Of a stretch of 64,000 nt of DNA, positions 61,400 to 64,000 are shown one piece after another. Below the pieces are notes generated by a model. The model had not been told where the DNA came from and ran no database searches. It saw only the letters and a list, made by a program, of their open reading frames with translations. Each line of letters begins with the position of its first letter. Position 1 is the first letter of the stretch. The DNA is from Octopus vulgaris. Its lineage: Eukaryota. Made by a program: the position numbers and the translations under genes. The stretch spans positions 103,292,001-103,356,000 of the forward strand of contig OX597817.1 of the NCBI GenBank assembly GCA_951406725.2, read 5' to 3'.

Positions 61400-62895
61400 C
61401 TTACCGTTGCCTTCAGTCCGCTGGTATCTATTTTCTTTTTAGAGATACCTACATTTGTCCTGTAATCCTCTCTTAATCCTTGCGAGTTCTGTCCATTAAT
61501 ACACAATTAACATGCGAGGTCACTTCCTCACACCCTTCAATATCGGTTTTTATCGCCTCGTCCATATTCTTTATTTCCTCGCACAATTCCTTGACTGATT
61601 TATTGTAGAAAACAATGCAACTTTTTTCACGGGGTGAGGGATGTGAAATTTGGGGCATTTGTGTGTTTGTGGCTATAGTGTCGGTATCGGGGGCGAGTTC
61701 TCTTTTTTCTCTTTTTCCGGCTCACTGCCTTCCATTCTTCTGCTTTCTCTTCCTCTATGTGTGCCTCCTTACCATCCTCATTACTGAGCTCCTCCACACT
61801 TCCTCCTGTACCACTTGTCATTTCAGGAAGTGGAGGTGCGACTTTCCCTCGGGCCTGCGACACTACTGGTGTATCTGCGGTTGACGATGTACATTTCCTT
61901 CTTATGTGGATCTTCTGGCCACATTTATAGCAACGGGGCTTCCAGCCCTCCACTATGACTCTTAAAATCACCTCGTCTCCCACAGTTATGGTGTCTACCA
62001 TTCTTTCGAGGTCCTCCGGTGCAGCCTGGATAATTATTTCCAGGGTCTGCCCTTGCTAATTCTTCGGTGGCGTTCTCGTTACTCGGAGGACCGCCATCTT
62101 CTCTTCAACATCCAACAGTATTGCAGCCACCAGCCAGGTGACATCTACCTCCAGTGGAATCTCTTCGATCCTTCCTCTAGAAGCACACCTTCCAAGGTAG
62201 GTAGGCAGAAGTATTACCTCATCCGTTTTCAGGGAGGCTACAGAATATCGCCTGGCCTTCTCCCCGGATGCGAATTGCACCTTCACAGCGTATTTTCTCC
62301 CTCTGGCAAGGTAGGTGACATCCTTCCAGATGGGTCTCAGAGCCTTCTCTACTTACATTTTTGTCATTATTTCCATTTTCTTCGCCTCCAGACTGTACGT
62401 TCTGTATATTACTGTCTTTCTTTGTGTGTTCCTTGCGACTTCACGAGGAAGAGCACTTTTACCTCGTGCCCCTCCCTTCGCAGGATTTCCCTGTACTTTT
62501 TTAAGTCTGCCTTCTTAAAATAAATTTCTTCACTTTTTTTCCTCAGCCACAACTGCAAAATTCATTTTTCCACCTTCATCTTGTAAATCTCCTTTTATTT
62601 AACCCACCGGTTTCTTTTTTATCAATAATTTTGTTTTTCCTTTTTCTTCCTTCTATTCGCTTTTGACCGGCTACACCTGATAGCTGTACTCTTTCTGTCT
62701 CCGACATCAGCTGTTCGACATAGGCTATCATTCTCCTCAATTCCACATATTGCACGAAGGCGAGCATGACAGTTCACTCTCCCCCCCATACCTCGGGCAT
62801 ATGGGGTGGGGACGCCAAAACCCGTGCCTTGACAGCCTCTTTTGAACCGGTCAAGCCGATCGGTAGCACAACCTAGTCGTGATGATGACGTGGAC
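61400..62895 (-). mobile_element. Tx1-like LINE 5' region with degenerate ORF1 (gag zinc knuckle)
   Basis: Pieces ILLPTYLGR...RIEEIP, VIVEGWKPRCYKCGQKIHIRRKC (CX2CX4HX4C) and EWKAVSRKKRKK. Confidence 0.75.
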
Positions 62896-62952
62896 AAGAA
62901 ATGTTTCTAAGTATTTTCTCCGGTGTGCTAAAGATTTTGCCGGGTCACCGCC

Positions 62953-63030
<78 letters not shown>

Positions 63031-63123
63031 GCATCACAACAAATCACAGCACATATCCAAGGCACGCAGAGCTGCGCTCGCTAGTGAAGTGAAAGCACGC
63101 TATAAAAATAAAACTACTGAATG

Positions 63124-63178
<55 letters not shown>

Positions 63179-63688
63179 TAATAGTTTGCAAGTGTTATCA
63201 TGTACATTGTTTTGTCTTGGTATAAAAGATGGGCTACAGCAAATATTCTGCTCAATACCACATATTTGCTTGTCAGGTGTTTGACCATAACCAGTTGAGC
63301 ATTTCCCTTAGTGGCTGACGATATGTGCATCTCTGATCACGAGCAGAAGTAGTGGGGGAGCATCATAGCCATGTGTTGAGAGGGATTCTTTGGGGTTTGA
63401 ATAATTCACCTCTGGAAACATGGGTGGTTCTTTCAACATCCTTAAACAATCCTTATTCAGGGACCTTTTGAGCGGGATGGGCTACTCAACCTGAAGAAAA
63501 TTCTAACTGGGCCCCACCCGCAAGGTCATGTGCTGTTTATCTTGATATGAGATCAGCATGTCGCGCACATATGGTTGTGATGCATGTGCCTGGTGTACCT
63601 TTATCAGACGGGTAGTCATGATGGGTATATTGGGCTTCGTATATTTTACCCCAGTGTCACTTTGATGGCATGAACTGCTTTCTCACTC

Positions 63689-63780
<92 letters not shown>

Positions 63781-63800
63781 TGATGATGATGATGATAACA
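62953..63800 (+). repeat. (AAT)n array interrupted by two non-repetitive inserts (63031-63122, 63184-63688)
   Basis: Three AAT tracts flank two discrete segments. Confidence 0.9.
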
Positions 63801-63879
63801 GAGGGAGTTGATGGCGATAGTGATGATAGTGAGCTGGTCAGTTCATTAACGGCCAAAAACATGAAAAGAAAATGGACGG

Positions 63880-64000
63880 AGTCGAGTTCAGTCCCACTGC
63901 ATGGTACATTGGGTGTCTTCTACTGTAGCCTCGGATCGACCAAAGCTTTGTGTGTGGATTTGGTTGACGGAAACTGAAAGAAGCTCGTCGTTTATGTGTG
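63880..64000 (+). mobile_element. SINE family B fragment
   Basis: GTTCAGTCCCACTGC...GACGGAAACTGAAAGAAGCTCGTCG. Confidence 0.8.

Overview
AT-rich, repeat-saturated eukaryotic DNA. The SINE families and the dense (TA)n/(ATAC)n/(CA)n/(AAT)n microsatellites suggest an octopus or other cephalopod; that assignment is from memory, not a search. Only one host coding exon is supportable: 3331-3454 (-), a signal-anchor plus YDYII first coding exon typical of GMC (glucose/choline dehydrogenase-like) oxidoreductases. The rest of that gene lies left of the window, so most of the window is 5' intron or upstream DNA. Nearly all other ORFs are microsatellite artefacts or transposon relics. Relics include an internally deleted Academ (XPG-type) DNA transposon with both TIRs; Tx1, RTE, CR1 and Dong/R4 LINE fragments; Penelope-like fragments; mariner, maT, pogo and hAT elements; Helitrons; and at least three tRNA-derived SINE families. 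Highlights: (1) a SINE subfamily shares its 3' tail and stem-loop with the Tx1-clade LINE in the same window, suggesting a SINE-Tx1 partnership; (2) there are at least four distinct minimal hammerhead-ribozyme motifs, some with core variants or inside fold-back palindromes; (3) a head-to-tail Helitron junction; (4) microsatellite-embedded insertions; (5) a recent, rearranged local tandem duplication. Element boundaries are approximate unless termini are quoted.
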